Shown piece after piece: positions 1-8,968 of a stretch of 32,000 nucleotides of DNA (position 1 is the first letter of the stretch; each line of letters starts with the position of its first letter). The translations under genes and the position numbers were made by a program. The stretch is from an uncultured Candidatus Saccharibacteria bacterium (lineage in GTDB: Bacteria; Patescibacteriota; UBA1384; XYA2-FULL-43-10; 1-14-0-10-43-13): assembly GCA_964543385.1 (NCBI GenBank), contig CAZIYE010000001.1, positions 540,001 through 572,000 of the forward strand. Reading direction: 5' to 3'. Under the pieces are notes generated by a model, which made no database searches, was not told where the DNA came from, and worked only from the letters and a program-made list of their open reading frames with translations.

Positions 1-409
1 TCATTACCCAGTTCCCGAATATCTTTATGAAGGGCATTCCCTTAGGACTTCTCATTCTGGTTCCTATAACAACGTCTGCTCTTTTCTCTAGGATTGGGGA
101 TATAATCTTTTCAATGTCGTTGGGGCTGTGTTGGCCATCAGCATCGACTGTTATGATAATATCGGCAGCCAATTTTTTGGCAGCTCCAAACCCTGTTTGT
201 ATTGCTGCACCTACACCTAAATTGATGATGTGATGCAATACGTGCTTAGTATTACTTTTGGCTACATCATAAGTTTTGTCAGTAGAGCCATCATCAACGA
301 CTAAAGTGACTATCTCGTCGATACCTTTAATTTTTTTTGGTAGTCCTCTTAAGACCTCACCAATCACTTTTTCCTCGTTATAAGCGGGGATTATTATCGC
401 TAGTCTCAT
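1..409 (-). CDS. GT2-family glycosyltransferase (dolichol-phosphate mannosyltransferase-like), partial, runs off the left edge
   Basis: Minus-strand translation from CAT at 407-409: MRLAIIIPAYNEEKVIGEVLRGLPKKIKGIDEIVTLVVDDGSTDKTYDVAKSN...ADIIITVDADGQHSPNDI...DVVIGTRM. IPAYNEE, DDGSTD and DADGQH are GT2 hallmarks. Missing from the ORF track because its stop is outside the window. Confidence 0.93.
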   Translation of the reverse strand, partial: MRLAIIIPAYNEEKVIGEVLRGLPKKIKGIDEIVTLVVDDGSTDKTYDVAKSNTKHVLHHIINLGVGAAIQTGFGAAKKLAADIIITVDADGQHSPNDIEKIISPILEKRADVVIGTRMRSPKGMPFIKIFGNWVM

Positions 410-539
410 ATAGTTATATTTTCAGTTAAGTTTCAATATAAGGACAAGGTTCATCCAAGAACCGATTGTCGCCGCAATCGTATCAAAAACAGTCATAATC
501 AGCAAGGCGAAATTCTATTTTTGGCCTCTTTTTGATATT

Positions 540-1958
540 ATGTTCTTGATGGAATTAAAAGTCAAAAATTTGTTTACTTCAAAAATAGGTCAGGTATGTC
601 TATATCTGTTGGCGATAATTATATTGGGAGTTATCTGTTTTCAGTATGCAGGAGTCGCCCATTTTCCAACCGGTGATGATCCGGCAGTGCATATACGCTA
701 TGCCAAAACTCTTTCTATCAGAGAAATATATTCAACTCTTCCTTATCCAATCCCTCTTAGCATTTTTAAATCAATACACGAACTAACCTCCATAGAATAT
801 CCCCGTCTATTTACTCTCACTATCTCTACTTTTCTGCTATTTTCGTCTATCTGCATATTCATCTTAACTAGAAAAATATCCAAGTCGGGATTCATGGCCT
901 TCATTGCGGCTGCGATCTTTGCAACTGGGGGTTGGGTGACTGACGGGCTTCGCATGGGTCTTCTCGCTGAGTCATTTGGTTGGGGCATGCTTGCTCTGAC
1001 TCTTTATTTCCTTGCGAGTCAAAACATTGTTTTCACTCTAGTATTTAGTGGACTACTAGCATTATCACATCCGTTTTCCTTCTCGGTATTTATTTTTGTG
1101 GCCATATTATATGTGCTTACAACTATATTTAGCAAAGACAAAAAAGAGCACAATTTTTCAATAACCATATCGTTGATTTATTTACTTTTCGCAATATTAA
1201 TATGGTTATTTGATAAAGAATTGATTCTTAAATTTGTTGACTTTATAAATCCCGAGAGAGCAGGTTGGGGCGAAAGAAAACTTTGGGAGATTGTCACAAC
1301 TTATGACCCAAAGAGGATCGTAATTGGATTTATGGCTCTGATTGGGGTAATGTCCAATATCAAAAGCTGGGGAAAGCCAGCCATTAAAGTTATATACATC
1401 CTTCTCTTTGTTGGGTTGTTTATGTCTATGAACCAAATCTTTGGTATTAGATTCCTTGTTTTTCGTTTCTTCCCATATTTAGAGATGGCGATTGCTGTTT
1501 TTGCGGCGCTTGGTCTTGTCGCCTTCGTGGAGAGACTACAAATTGTTAAATACAAGAATATAGCAATAATATTATTGGCTATCTTGGCTCTGACGCCCCA
1601 TTACATTAATAACGGAAAGGCTGTCCAAAATCAGGTTACAGATATTAGTCTAAACGATAGTATGACGGCAGGGGACCAAATAGCAATCAAATGGATTGAT
1701 CAAAATGTATCGAAAGATGCTTCTATTGTAGCTACGCGCAAAAGATTACTTTGGATCAGCGCTCTAACTGGAAACAAAAACACCCAAGAAGATATCACGC
1801 CTTTCGATTTAGCTGCTACAAAGAAACTGTATGATTCGGGAAACGGTTTCGCCTATGACTATTTCTATTATTCAGAGGTTGATACTATTCCTGATGAGAT
1901 AAAAAATAATTTCGACCTCATTTACAACAAAATGGGGGTTAGGTTATATAAAAGATGA
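540..1958 (+). CDS. Large multi-pass membrane protein, GT39/PMT-like glycosyltransferase-type topology
   Basis: 472 aa open frame with many hydrophobic helices and an early GDDPAVH acidic motif in the first extracytoplasmic loop. Confidence 0.7.
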   Translation: MFLMELKVKNLFTSKIGQVCLYLLAIIILGVICFQYAGVAHFPTGDDPAVHIRYAKTLSIREIYSTLPYPIPLSIFKSIHELTSIEYPRLFTLTISTFLLFSSICIFILTRKISKSGFMAFIAAAIFATGGWVTDGLRMGLLAESFGWGMLALTLYFLASQNIVFTLVFSGLLALSHPFSFSVFIFVAILYVLTTIFSKDKKEHNFSITISLIYLLFAILIWLFDKELILKFVDFINPERAGWGERKLWEIVTTYDPKRIVIGFMALIGVMSNIKSWGKPAIKVIYILLFVGLFMSMNQIFGIRFLVFRFFPYLEMAIAVFAALGLVAFVERLQIVKYKNIAIILLAILALTPHYINNGKAVQNQVTDISLNDSMTAGDQIAIKWIDQNVSKDASIVATRKRLLWISALTGNKNTQEDITPFDLAATKKLYDSGNGFAYDYFYYSEVDTIPDEIKNNFDLIYNKMGVRLYKR

Positions 1959-2308
1959 AACAATTTGGAAATAAAATTTGGTGGTTGATCTTAATATATC
2001 TAGCTGTCGGGTACCTTTTCCCTGTGATTCTAAGGCAGAGATTTATGATTGTGGTTCTATTCGTATCTACTATGCTGATTCTCAGTGGATTGTCTTTAAA
2101 GGAAAAAAGCCGTTTTACTGCAGTGGTTGCAATTGCGGCTGCGTTTTTTCTAAAGATCATCCCTTCGCCTTACCCAGTCTTGGCAGACACGGGATTGCCA
2201 ATGGCCATTAACTTATTTCTGACAATGTTGGTAGTATTCCTTAGCTGTATTTTAGCTGCCAGAATATCCGACATAGTCTTGTTGAGAATTCAAAGGACAG
2301 AAAAATAA
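1955..2308 (+). CDS. Small membrane protein, unknown function
   Basis: 117 aa, several hydrophobic segments; ATGA overlap with the preceding ORF suggests translational coupling. Confidence 0.65.
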   Translation: MKQFGNKIWWLILIYLAVGYLFPVILRQRFMIVVLFVSTMLILSGLSLKEKSRFTAVVAIAAAFFLKIIPSPYPVLADTGLPMAINLFLTMLVVFLSCILAARISDIVLLRIQRTEK

Positions 2309-3865
2309 TTCGTGATGAACTTTGAATAGATAAACCTCATTTATTTGGCTTTTTGAATTTAGAACTGTCGTCAAAAAGCGTTTTTTCTGATATTTATCAG
2401 CCATGCCAAGAGTTACCTCTGATGGCAGCCAGCCGGTCTTTGATTCCAAAAGGTATATATAGTCGAACTGGTAGATTGACCCATCTGCTTCGGGAACCCA
2501 GTAGTTATATTTAATTTTCCATTTTGGCAGGAGCGCATGTGAATAGAAATTATATGTCACAAGCAAAACTTTGCCTGGCTTTTGCTTATTTAAATAGTTA
2601 ATAACATCCATATCGGCGTTTGTTACGCGTATCATTGGTTCATATGAAACAGCACTGTCTAGCCTTAATTTAAATGGCAAAAAAAGAGAGACAGCCATGA
2701 CAATCATGCCAAGTATACACAGGATTTTATTGGTTTTAATTCTTTCTAATAAATAATAAACTCCACCTCCAGCCAGGATAGCTAAAGGCACGATCATATC
2801 ACGAGCTGGTCGTTCTGGGTTGCTCAGGAATGGCAATCGCGATGCGACGAATAAAATAACTATCCAAACCATCAATATAATTAATGGGGCAGATATCTTC
2901 CTTTGTTTTAGATAAATAAAGGGCATCGATATTAGTCCAAGAAGTGCATACAAACTAAAATACCGTCCGGGATTGCTGATATATCCTCTTAGAGACCACA
3001 TTGCTTCTGGGTTTGACCCGCCCAATATCTTAAAGAACGGAAAGGTGGAATTTATTTGGATCATTGTGCTAGACAGTGCTTTAGCGGATGCAAAAATTCC
3101 CGTCTTAGTAAAAGCATAAAAAAATGCCAGATACACTAAAAGATTTAATCCTAGAAGCAGAACTCCTTTTTTGACATTCCATTTATTTCTAATCCAATAA
3201 ATTATAATAAATGTTGGCAAAGACACCAATATAATAGCAATAAGATAAAAAGTGGTAGTGTGATGGGTAATTGGTATCAAAAGGGTAAAAATAATTGATA
3301 GTATAATAAATTTATTTCTGACCTTATGATTAATAGCTTTTATGGCACAAACAATAAAAGTCAAAATAAGCGGAAGTATAATTTGGGCAGCAATTATATT
3401 CGGATATCCTCCATCATTGAGCAGTTGGATTGGTGTTTTAGCAATAAAAGCGTAGAGAATAAAGGATACCAAGCCTGCCTCGACACCAAAAACAACGTAA
3501 CCGAGAACAAATATTGCGACACCAGATAGGACAAGTATTGCGGGCGCACTCCACTTAATTGCCTCCAGGAGATCTACATTAAATAAGATGGCGCTCTTTG
3601 CTACTAGATAATGGTAGGCCGGAGGATAACCGCCACTTTTCAAAACCTCAAAAAAATTACCTGTTCCATCATAAAATGGTCTGGCCATCCAATAGTGGTT
3701 CATCGGATCGTCACCAGCAGGAACAGCATATTGATACAGGACTAAGCCGTAATATTGGATAAAGGCTAGGACAACCAGGCCAAGCGATAAAAGATACCAA
3801 TATATTCTCTTGCTCTGTATTAACTTTTTAATGAAGTCGATCATTTGTTTTATTATATCAGCCAT
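2252..3865 (-). CDS. Large multi-pass membrane protein, distant paralog of the 540-1958 product
   Basis: 537 aa, many TM segments, GDDPMNHYW motif after TM1 as in the neighbouring protein. Confidence 0.75.
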   Translation of the reverse strand: MADIIKQMIDFIKKLIQSKRIYWYLLSLGLVVLAFIQYYGLVLYQYAVPAGDDPMNHYWMARPFYDGTGNFFEVLKSGGYPPAYHYLVAKSAILFNVDLLEAIKWSAPAILVLSGVAIFVLGYVVFGVEAGLVSFILYAFIAKTPIQLLNDGGYPNIIAAQIILPLILTFIVCAIKAINHKVRNKFIILSIIFTLLIPITHHTTTFYLIAIILVSLPTFIIIYWIRNKWNVKKGVLLLGLNLLVYLAFFYAFTKTGIFASAKALSSTMIQINSTFPFFKILGGSNPEAMWSLRGYISNPGRYFSLYALLGLISMPFIYLKQRKISAPLIILMVWIVILFVASRLPFLSNPERPARDMIVPLAILAGGGVYYLLERIKTNKILCILGMIVMAVSLFLPFKLRLDSAVSYEPMIRVTNADMDVINYLNKQKPGKVLLVTYNFYSHALLPKWKIKYNYWVPEADGSIYQFDYIYLLESKTGWLPSEVTLGMADKYQKKRFLTTVLNSKSQINEVYLFKVHHELFFCPLNSQQDYVGYSGS

Positions 3866-3900
3866 TGGGCCTAAACCAAAGATATTTGTGTGTTGCTACA

Positions 3901-3929
3901 TTGACTTATAATCAATATTATGCTATAAT
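3901..3929 (+). promoter_or_regulatory. Sigma70-type promoter for the 4000-4596 gene
   Basis: TTGACT (3901-3906), 17-nt spacer, TATAAT (3924-3929), with TGC just upstream of the -10 (TGn extended -10). Confidence 0.8.
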
Positions 3930-3935
3930 ATAGAA

Positions 3936-3972
3936 GTTGCTTGCAAAAGCAACAATGCGAGATACCCTCGCA
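3936..3972 (+). promoter_or_regulatory. Two small hairpins in the 5' UTR of the 4000-4596 gene
   Basis: GTTGCTT-GCAA-AAGCAAC (3936-3953) and TGCGAG-ATACC-CTCGCA (3956-3972), starting at the predicted transcription start. Confidence 0.5.
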
Positions 3973-3999
3973 AATTTTCAGGTGAATGAGGTAATTATA

Positions 4000-4596
4000 A
4001 TGAATGGGAAGCGTCATTGGAGTGTCACTGGACCGTCGAACGGTTGGTTGCAGGATGGCACCGGATTAGTCAGCCCATGGGGGCAGATAATCTTCGTCAC
4101 CGATGGCAAGGTGACGGAACCGCGCATCATCGATGCGGGCGGGGCGATTGTGATCGCTGCGAATTCCCACGGCGAGATCGCCATGGTATATCGCGAGCGG
4201 TCCGTATTACCTGCATGGAGCAAGAAAGAGTCGCTCCCCATCGTGGACATGCCGGCATTCCTGGCTCGGCTCGAGGAGAATCCTCCTGAGCTCGAACTGA
4301 TCCGGGCCTATACGGCTCCGGATCTCACCATTGATCAGGCTGCCATGGTAGTGGCGGCAAGATACGGCATACCCGAGGCACATGCCAGTGGTACCGAGCT
4401 TATCGGAGAAGTATTCCTGTTCGGCCATACGCCGCAGCCGAACCCTATCATCTTGCTTGGTGTGATAGGTCGCCCCGAGCTTTCCGACGGGGCGTTCTGG
4501 ATGCCGGCCGCGGAAGTGAAGAAGGCCCTCGCTTCGGGAAAAATCCGCGATGCCTCCACTGGGACCGCGTTGGGCATTCATTTCGCCCAAATGTAA
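4000..4596 (+). CDS. GC-rich orphan gene; possible degenerate Nudix-fold protein
   Basis: Start at ATG 4000 preferred over the track start at TTG 3937: it lies downstream of the promoter and hairpins and is preceded by GAGG. C-terminal region (GEVFLFGH...AFWMPAAEVKKALASGKIRDASTGTAL) resembles ADP-ribose pyrophosphatase-type Nudix proteins. Confidence 0.75.
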   Translation: MNGKRHWSVTGPSNGWLQDGTGLVSPWGQIIFVTDGKVTEPRIIDAGGAIVIAANSHGEIAMVYRERSVLPAWSKKESLPIVDMPAFLARLEENPPELELIRAYTAPDLTIDQAAMVVAARYGIPEAHASGTELIGEVFLFGHTPQPNPIILLGVIGRPELSDGAFWMPAAEVKKALASGKIRDASTGTALGIHFAQM

Positions 4597-4609
4597 TAGT
4601 GCGTTGGCT

Positions 4610-4636
4610 TGGGAGATCGCTTGTTTGCATCTCCCA
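4610..4636 (+). terminator. Hairpin terminator candidate after the 4000-4596 gene
   Basis: TGGGAGAT-cgcttgtttgc-ATCTCCCA; the following tract is pyrimidine-rich, not a clean T run. Confidence 0.5.
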
Positions 4637-4731
4637 CCACCCCTCTTTGCTCAAATCTTGAGCTCGAAGGCAGTGGTAATAATATTTTGACAATTTTGTG
4701 CGAATAGGTTATTGTAACAGTACAACTTAAT

Positions 4732-4833
4732 ATATTTATCAAGAGTGGCGCGAGAGTTTTGGCTCTATGACCGCCCAGCAACCTCAAGGAAACTTGAACG
4801 GTGCTAATTCCAAGCCTCACGGCGAGATAAAAC
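4732..4833 (+). ncRNA. SAM-I (S-box) riboswitch aptamer
   Basis: TTTATC(4735-4740)AAGAGTGGCGCGAG...ATGACCGCCCAGCAACC...ACGGTGCTAATTCCAAG...GATAAA(4826-4831). GCAACC and GGTGCTAATTCC core elements plus P1 pairing, directly upstream of metK. Confidence 0.95.
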
Positions 4834-4841
4834 AGTAAAAT

Positions 4842-4867
4842 ATCTTGCTTAACGGCAGGATTTTTTT
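4842..4867 (+). terminator. Riboswitch expression-platform terminator
   Basis: ATCTTGC (4842-4848) pairs with GCAGGAT (4855-4861) including G-U pairs, followed by a T run. Confidence 0.85.
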
Positions 4868-4890
4868 AAAACTAAACAAAGGATAGACAA

Positions 4891-6075
4891 ATGGAAGAGC
4901 CAAAAAATAAAAAAGTAAATAATTATCTTTTTACCTCAGAATCAGTGACCGAGGGCCATCCAGATAAAATGGCTGATCAAATCTCAGATGCTATTTTAGA
5001 CGAATTACTCAAAAAAGATCCACTTTCGAGGGCAGCTGTCGAAACTATGCTGACAAACGGAGTTTGCATTATTGCTGGCGAAGTCACAACTGACGCTTAT
5101 GTTGATATTGCAAAGATAGCTCGATCTGTCATCGAAGACATAGGTTATGACGGTTGTGGCTTTCACCATGCTTCCAGCGGCGTTATGACAGCAATCAAGG
5201 AACAATCATCGGATATTGCCCGTGGCGTTGATAGCTTCGAAAGAGTTGACGGCAAAATAGTAAAGGAAGATTTAGAACAATTGGGTGCCGGCGACCAAGG
5301 CTTGATGTTTGGCTATGCATGCACAGAGACCAAAGAACTTATGCCCTTGCCGATAACTTTAGCTCATGCTCTCTGTGAGCGTTTGTCAAAAGTAAGAAAA
5401 GCAGGGATCATAATGGGCTTATATCCTGATGGAAAATCTCAAATAACCATTAAGTATAAAGATAATAAGCCGGTAAGGGTACATACAATTTTGATTGCTG
5501 CTCAGCATGAAGAGGAAAAAGATCAAAAAATCTTGCAAAAAGAGATTATTGATTTTGTTATTAAGCCGGTTCTTGCAATTTATGATCTTGGTATTGATAA
5601 CGAGACTAATATTTACATCAATACTACCGGAAAGTTTGTCATAGGGGGCCCACAAGGGGATACAGGACTTACTGGCAGAAAGATAATAGTTGATACTTAT
5701 GGCGGCTACTCTCGTCATGGCGGCGGTGCTTTTTCTGGCAAGGATCCTTCAAAGGTTGATAGATCTGGATCGTACATGGCTAGATGGGTAGCTAAAAGTG
5801 TGGTTGGCTCAGGTCTGGCAGAGAGATGTGAAATACAAATATCATACGCTATAGGCAAGCCAGAGCCATTATCAGTTTATGTAGATACTTTTGGAACTGG
5901 TGTCATCCCAGACTCCGAGATCAAACAGAAGATACTTGATAACTTTGATTTTAGGCCAGGTATGATAATCAAAGAACTGGATTTGCGAAGGCCTATTTAT
6001 CGACAATTAGCAGCTTACGGTCATTTCGGCCGCCCGGATCTTGATCTGCCTTGGGAAAAGATTAGAAAAATATAA
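4891..6075 (+). CDS. metK: S-adenosylmethionine synthase
   Basis: 394 aa with [19 protein letters not shown] and [22 protein letters not shown] signatures. Confidence 0.98.
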   Translation: MEEPKNKKVNNYLFTSESVTEGHPDKMADQISDAILDELLKKDPLSRAAVETMLTNGVCIIAGEVTTDAYVDIAKIARSVIEDIGYDGCGFHHASSGVMTAIKEQSSDIARGVDSFERVDGKIVKEDLEQLGAGDQGLMFGYACTETKELMPLPITLAHALCERLSKVRKAGIIMGLYPDGKSQITIKYKDNKPVRVHTILIAAQHEEEKDQKILQKEIIDFVIKPVLAIYDLGIDNETNIYINTTGKFVIGGPQGDTGLTGRKIIVDTYGGYSRHGGGAFSGKDPSKVDRSGSYMARWVAKSVVGSGLAERCEIQISYAIGKPEPLSVYVDTFGTGVIPDSEIKQKILDNFDFRPGMIIKELDLRRPIYRQLAAYGHFGRPDLDLPWEKIRKI

Positions 6076-6101
6076 GTTCTTCATGTGAAATATTTTCCTC
6101 A

Positions 6102-6175
6102 TGTCATTGCGGACTTGATCTGGAATCTTGAGCTCTCAGATCCTAAGTAGACGACTTCGTTGGTTTAGGATGACA
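6102..6175. repeat. Dispersed palindromic repeat, copy 1
   Basis: TGTCATTGCGGACTTGATCTGGAATCT...TCCTAA...TTAGGATGACA; ends TGTCAT/ATGACA. Same family as 10791-10857. Confidence 0.65.
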
Positions 6176-6198
6176 ACTTTTAATTCAAATTCATAGGA

Positions 6199-7632
6199 CT
6201 ATTTTGTATCAGCTTTTATAAGCGATCTAACCGATTGTAAGCTGATAATATCGAAGAGATATGCGAGAACAAAAAAGAAAGCAGCTGAAATTATCATACT
6301 CGGAATAAAATGAAGTGCTAAAATTTTTAGAATTAGAGCAAAAGCCAAAGTTACTATTGCTATAAAAACAGTTTTTACAACATTGATGAGGTCAATTTTG
6401 AACGGTATGATTCTTCTTGTGTTATAGAGGAAAATAAAGAATAAAACAATCTCCGATATCAATGTACCGTAAGCGGCTGCCATATATGAATATTGGGGTA
6501 TAAATACCAGATTGAAGATAAAATTAAAGAGTAAAATAAATGCAGAAATCTTTAATAGCAATTTTCTCTCGTCTTTTGCTATTAAAATTTCTCCAAGCAG
6601 GATATCAAAATACAGAAAAGGCAGTGCAAGAGAAAGTATTATCAACGCCGATCCTCCGATACTATAGCTTTCGTTACTCAAGAAGGCGATTATTTCTTTT
6701 GAATAGGCGCAGGATATAGCTGCTATTGGTAGAGAAATAAGCATCATCGCTGTAAATGATTTTTCAATCAGGCTTTTTAACTGGGATGCATTATCTATAC
6801 CGCGAGAGATAATCGGTTTGAGTGAATTTGCAAAATATGAACCGAAGAAGACAGTTACCTCTAAAATTTTGTAGGCTACAGAGTAAATACTAACTGCCAC
6901 TGCTCCCTTGATTGCAAACAGCATAATAGTATCAAGTCTGAAGAATAGGTTATTGGCAATAAATATTATGCCCATCGGCCAAGCCAGATCAAATATCCAT
7001 TTGGTAATTTTTTTCTCATAACCAATTTTGATAGGTGTAAACTTGCTGGCGAAGTACCATTTGAAGACAAAAATTAGAATGCCAGACAATGCTACCACCG
7101 AGAAGACAATCCAGAGGAAGTTGCCTTTCAGAGTCACAACTACAATTAGCGCAGCTAAGGAAATAAGCTTGCTCAAAAATTCTGCGACAGCTGAAAATTG
7201 CATCTTCAGTCGGTGTTGCAAAATCATATCCCCAATACTACCCATTAGGTTGAAGAATAGAAAACCACAAGCAATCATTATCCCAAAAACAAGATTATGG
7301 TCATTGCGATATGGTGTTAGATATATAATGGCAATTGCTGCAAGACAGGCGAGCAAAGATGAGACTAAACGTATAAAGAAAACATTCGAGATGATTCTTT
7401 TCTCGCTGGAGGGATCTTTTGAAATCTCTCTGACGGTTACGGAAAATAGACCAAGATCAGCAATGACGAGAAAATAATTTACATAAGCTGTGATTGTATT
7501 GAGATTCCCATAATCAGTGTTTGAGAGATAGTTTGTTAGGATCTTTATAGAGATAAGGGTAAACACCAAAGTAACGATTCGTACAAGAATCTGGGAGGCC
7601 GTATTTATAAATATAGCTCTACGTTCTTTCAT
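6199..7632 (-). CDS. Polysaccharide flippase (Wzx/MATE-like)
   Basis: 477 aa, 12+ hydrophobic segments, N-terminal NTASQILVRIVTLVFTLISIKILTNYLSNTDYGNLNT typical of the polysaccharide biosynthesis exporter family. Confidence 0.9.
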   Translation of the reverse strand: MKERRAIFINTASQILVRIVTLVFTLISIKILTNYLSNTDYGNLNTITAYVNYFLVIADLGLFSVTVREISKDPSSEKRIISNVFFIRLVSSLLACLAAIAIIYLTPYRNDHNLVFGIMIACGFLFFNLMGSIGDMILQHRLKMQFSAVAEFLSKLISLAALIVVVTLKGNFLWIVFSVVALSGILIFVFKWYFASKFTPIKIGYEKKITKWIFDLAWPMGIIFIANNLFFRLDTIMLFAIKGAVAVSIYSVAYKILEVTVFFGSYFANSLKPIISRGIDNASQLKSLIEKSFTAMMLISLPIAAISCAYSKEIIAFLSNESYSIGGSALIILSLALPFLYFDILLGEILIAKDERKLLLKISAFILLFNFIFNLVFIPQYSYMAAAYGTLISEIVLFFIFLYNTRRIIPFKIDLINVVKTVFIAIVTLAFALILKILALHFIPSMIISAAFFFVLAYLFDIISLQSVRSLIKADTK

Positions 7633-8915
7633 TATTTTAGATCCAGAGTTTTTACCATTTTACGGAGATGATTATTTTTTCTTCCACTTATTATTATAGT
7701 AGTTAGAGCGACAAGAAGTATCAAAATAACGCTGGTTAATATGATTGAGGCTATACGGAAATCGATTTTGTCATACCACTTTTTGACTTGTTCTTTTGCT
7801 TGTACAACAATAGGCTCTTTTGCATCATCAGCAGTTAATACGTTTATTACCCCACCCTTTTTCTGTGAAATTTCAAAATAAGTAGGATCACTTTCTGGAG
7901 TCAATATTTTTTCATTTTGACCCTGAACTGTGAGTTTGTAACGGCCGGCTTTGATAGGGAAGTCAATCAGTAGCGCAAATTTACCAGTTTCATCAGACTT
8001 TACTGACAGGGTTTTACCTTCAGGTAAGGTAATCGCTGGGTCAAGTTTGAGATTAGCAGTAAAATTCGGCTCGGTGATCCCTACTATTTTAAAGCCTGAG
8101 AAAGTACCATCTTCAATATTATTGATATAATCATCAGTCTTTGTAAATTCGATCCGACTAGGTTTCGCTAGCCCTTCTTGTATTTTTGGATCTGGTTCCT
8201 TGATTGTAACTTTAAAATGAGTTACAGGGCTCCAGCCATCGCTATTTTTGGCTTTAATATGGAAATAATAAGCTCCGATTGCTTTGCCATCATAAGTGAC
8301 AGTGGTATTGGCATCGATTACTGTCGATGGAGGAGTGGTATCAGCAACTTGATCAAGTAAATATGCAAACCCAGTTACATTGCTGGCTTTTGTCCAATTT
8401 AGAGTAATCGAGGTACCATCATAGGCAACGGCCTGATCGGGGTGGGTTGTGGAGGTAACTGCGGTAGCCCCAGGTAGTTCGAGTGCGCGCTGGATAGGGA
8501 AGGAGGCGCTGCCTCCGGATGTACCGAGAGTAGCTGACCCATTTTTAAGAACTACGTTAGAAACTGAGACTGACCCAGTACCAACCCCTGTGGCTTTTAA
8601 TTTGATAGTAGCTACAGTAAATGATGTTACCTTCTGACCAAGTAGGGCTCCGGAAAATGAGCCGTTGGCAGACGGTTGAGTTATCCAATTGGCGCTACCT
8701 GCTGAGAAAGAAACAACTGAAAGCGGTCCGGATACAGCAATCTTGCCTTGGAAGGCGTTGAATTCTCCGCCGCTCGCTACAATATTAGCAGTAAAAGTTT
8801 GCCCGACAGTCTTGCTTCCACCTCCACTGACTGATATTCCGGCAGCAAAGACATGACTTGGTAGGATAAGAGCCAACAAAGTAATAAATGCTAAAGTTGA
8901 TATTATTTTTTTCAT
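7632..8915 (-). CDS. Surface protein: signal peptide, cohesin-like domain, FN3-like domain, Ig-like region, C-terminal TM anchor
   Basis: 427 aa: signal peptide, then ISVSGGGSKTVGQTFTANIVASGGEFNAFQGKIAVSGPLSVVSFSAGSANW..., which looks cohesin-like; FN3-like SITLNWTKASNVTGFAYLLDQ; C-terminal TM IASIILTSVILILLVALTTIII plus a basic tail. Confidence 0.75.
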   Translation of the reverse strand: MKKIISTLAFITLLALILPSHVFAAGISVSGGGSKTVGQTFTANIVASGGEFNAFQGKIAVSGPLSVVSFSAGSANWITQPSANGSFSGALLGQKVTSFTVATIKLKATGVGTGSVSVSNVVLKNGSATLGTSGGSASFPIQRALELPGATAVTSTTHPDQAVAYDGTSITLNWTKASNVTGFAYLLDQVADTTPPSTVIDANTTVTYDGKAIGAYYFHIKAKNSDGWSPVTHFKVTIKEPDPKIQEGLAKPSRIEFTKTDDYINNIEDGTFSGFKIVGITEPNFTANLKLDPAITLPEGKTLSVKSDETGKFALLIDFPIKAGRYKLTVQGQNEKILTPESDPTYFEISQKKGGVINVLTADDAKEPIVVQAKEQVKKWYDKIDFRIASIILTSVILILLVALTTIIISGRKNNHLRKMVKTLDLK

Positions 8916-8968
8916 ATTAGATCCCTTCTTTTATGTGTATTTTTGTTTTTATTTTATTACTGTAGACG

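Noticed and set aside
427-520. Short minus-strand ORF of about 24-32 aa upstream of the GT2 gene (MTVFDTIAATIGSWMNLVLILKLN)
   Set aside because: Too short, no clear Shine-Dalgarno and no independent support, though hydrophobic enough to merit a glance if conserved.
743-988. Many short antisense ORFs in the track (for example 743-988, 4014-4250, 7028-7477, 9562-9765, 12369-12686, 22098-22502, 24366-24668)
   Set aside because: All lie antisense or out of frame within well-supported genes and lack recognisable domains or start signals.
3937-3999. N-terminal extension MLAKATMRDTLANFQVNEVII
   Set aside because: Begins at the predicted transcription start inside a hairpin; ATG 4000 with upstream GAGG is a better start.
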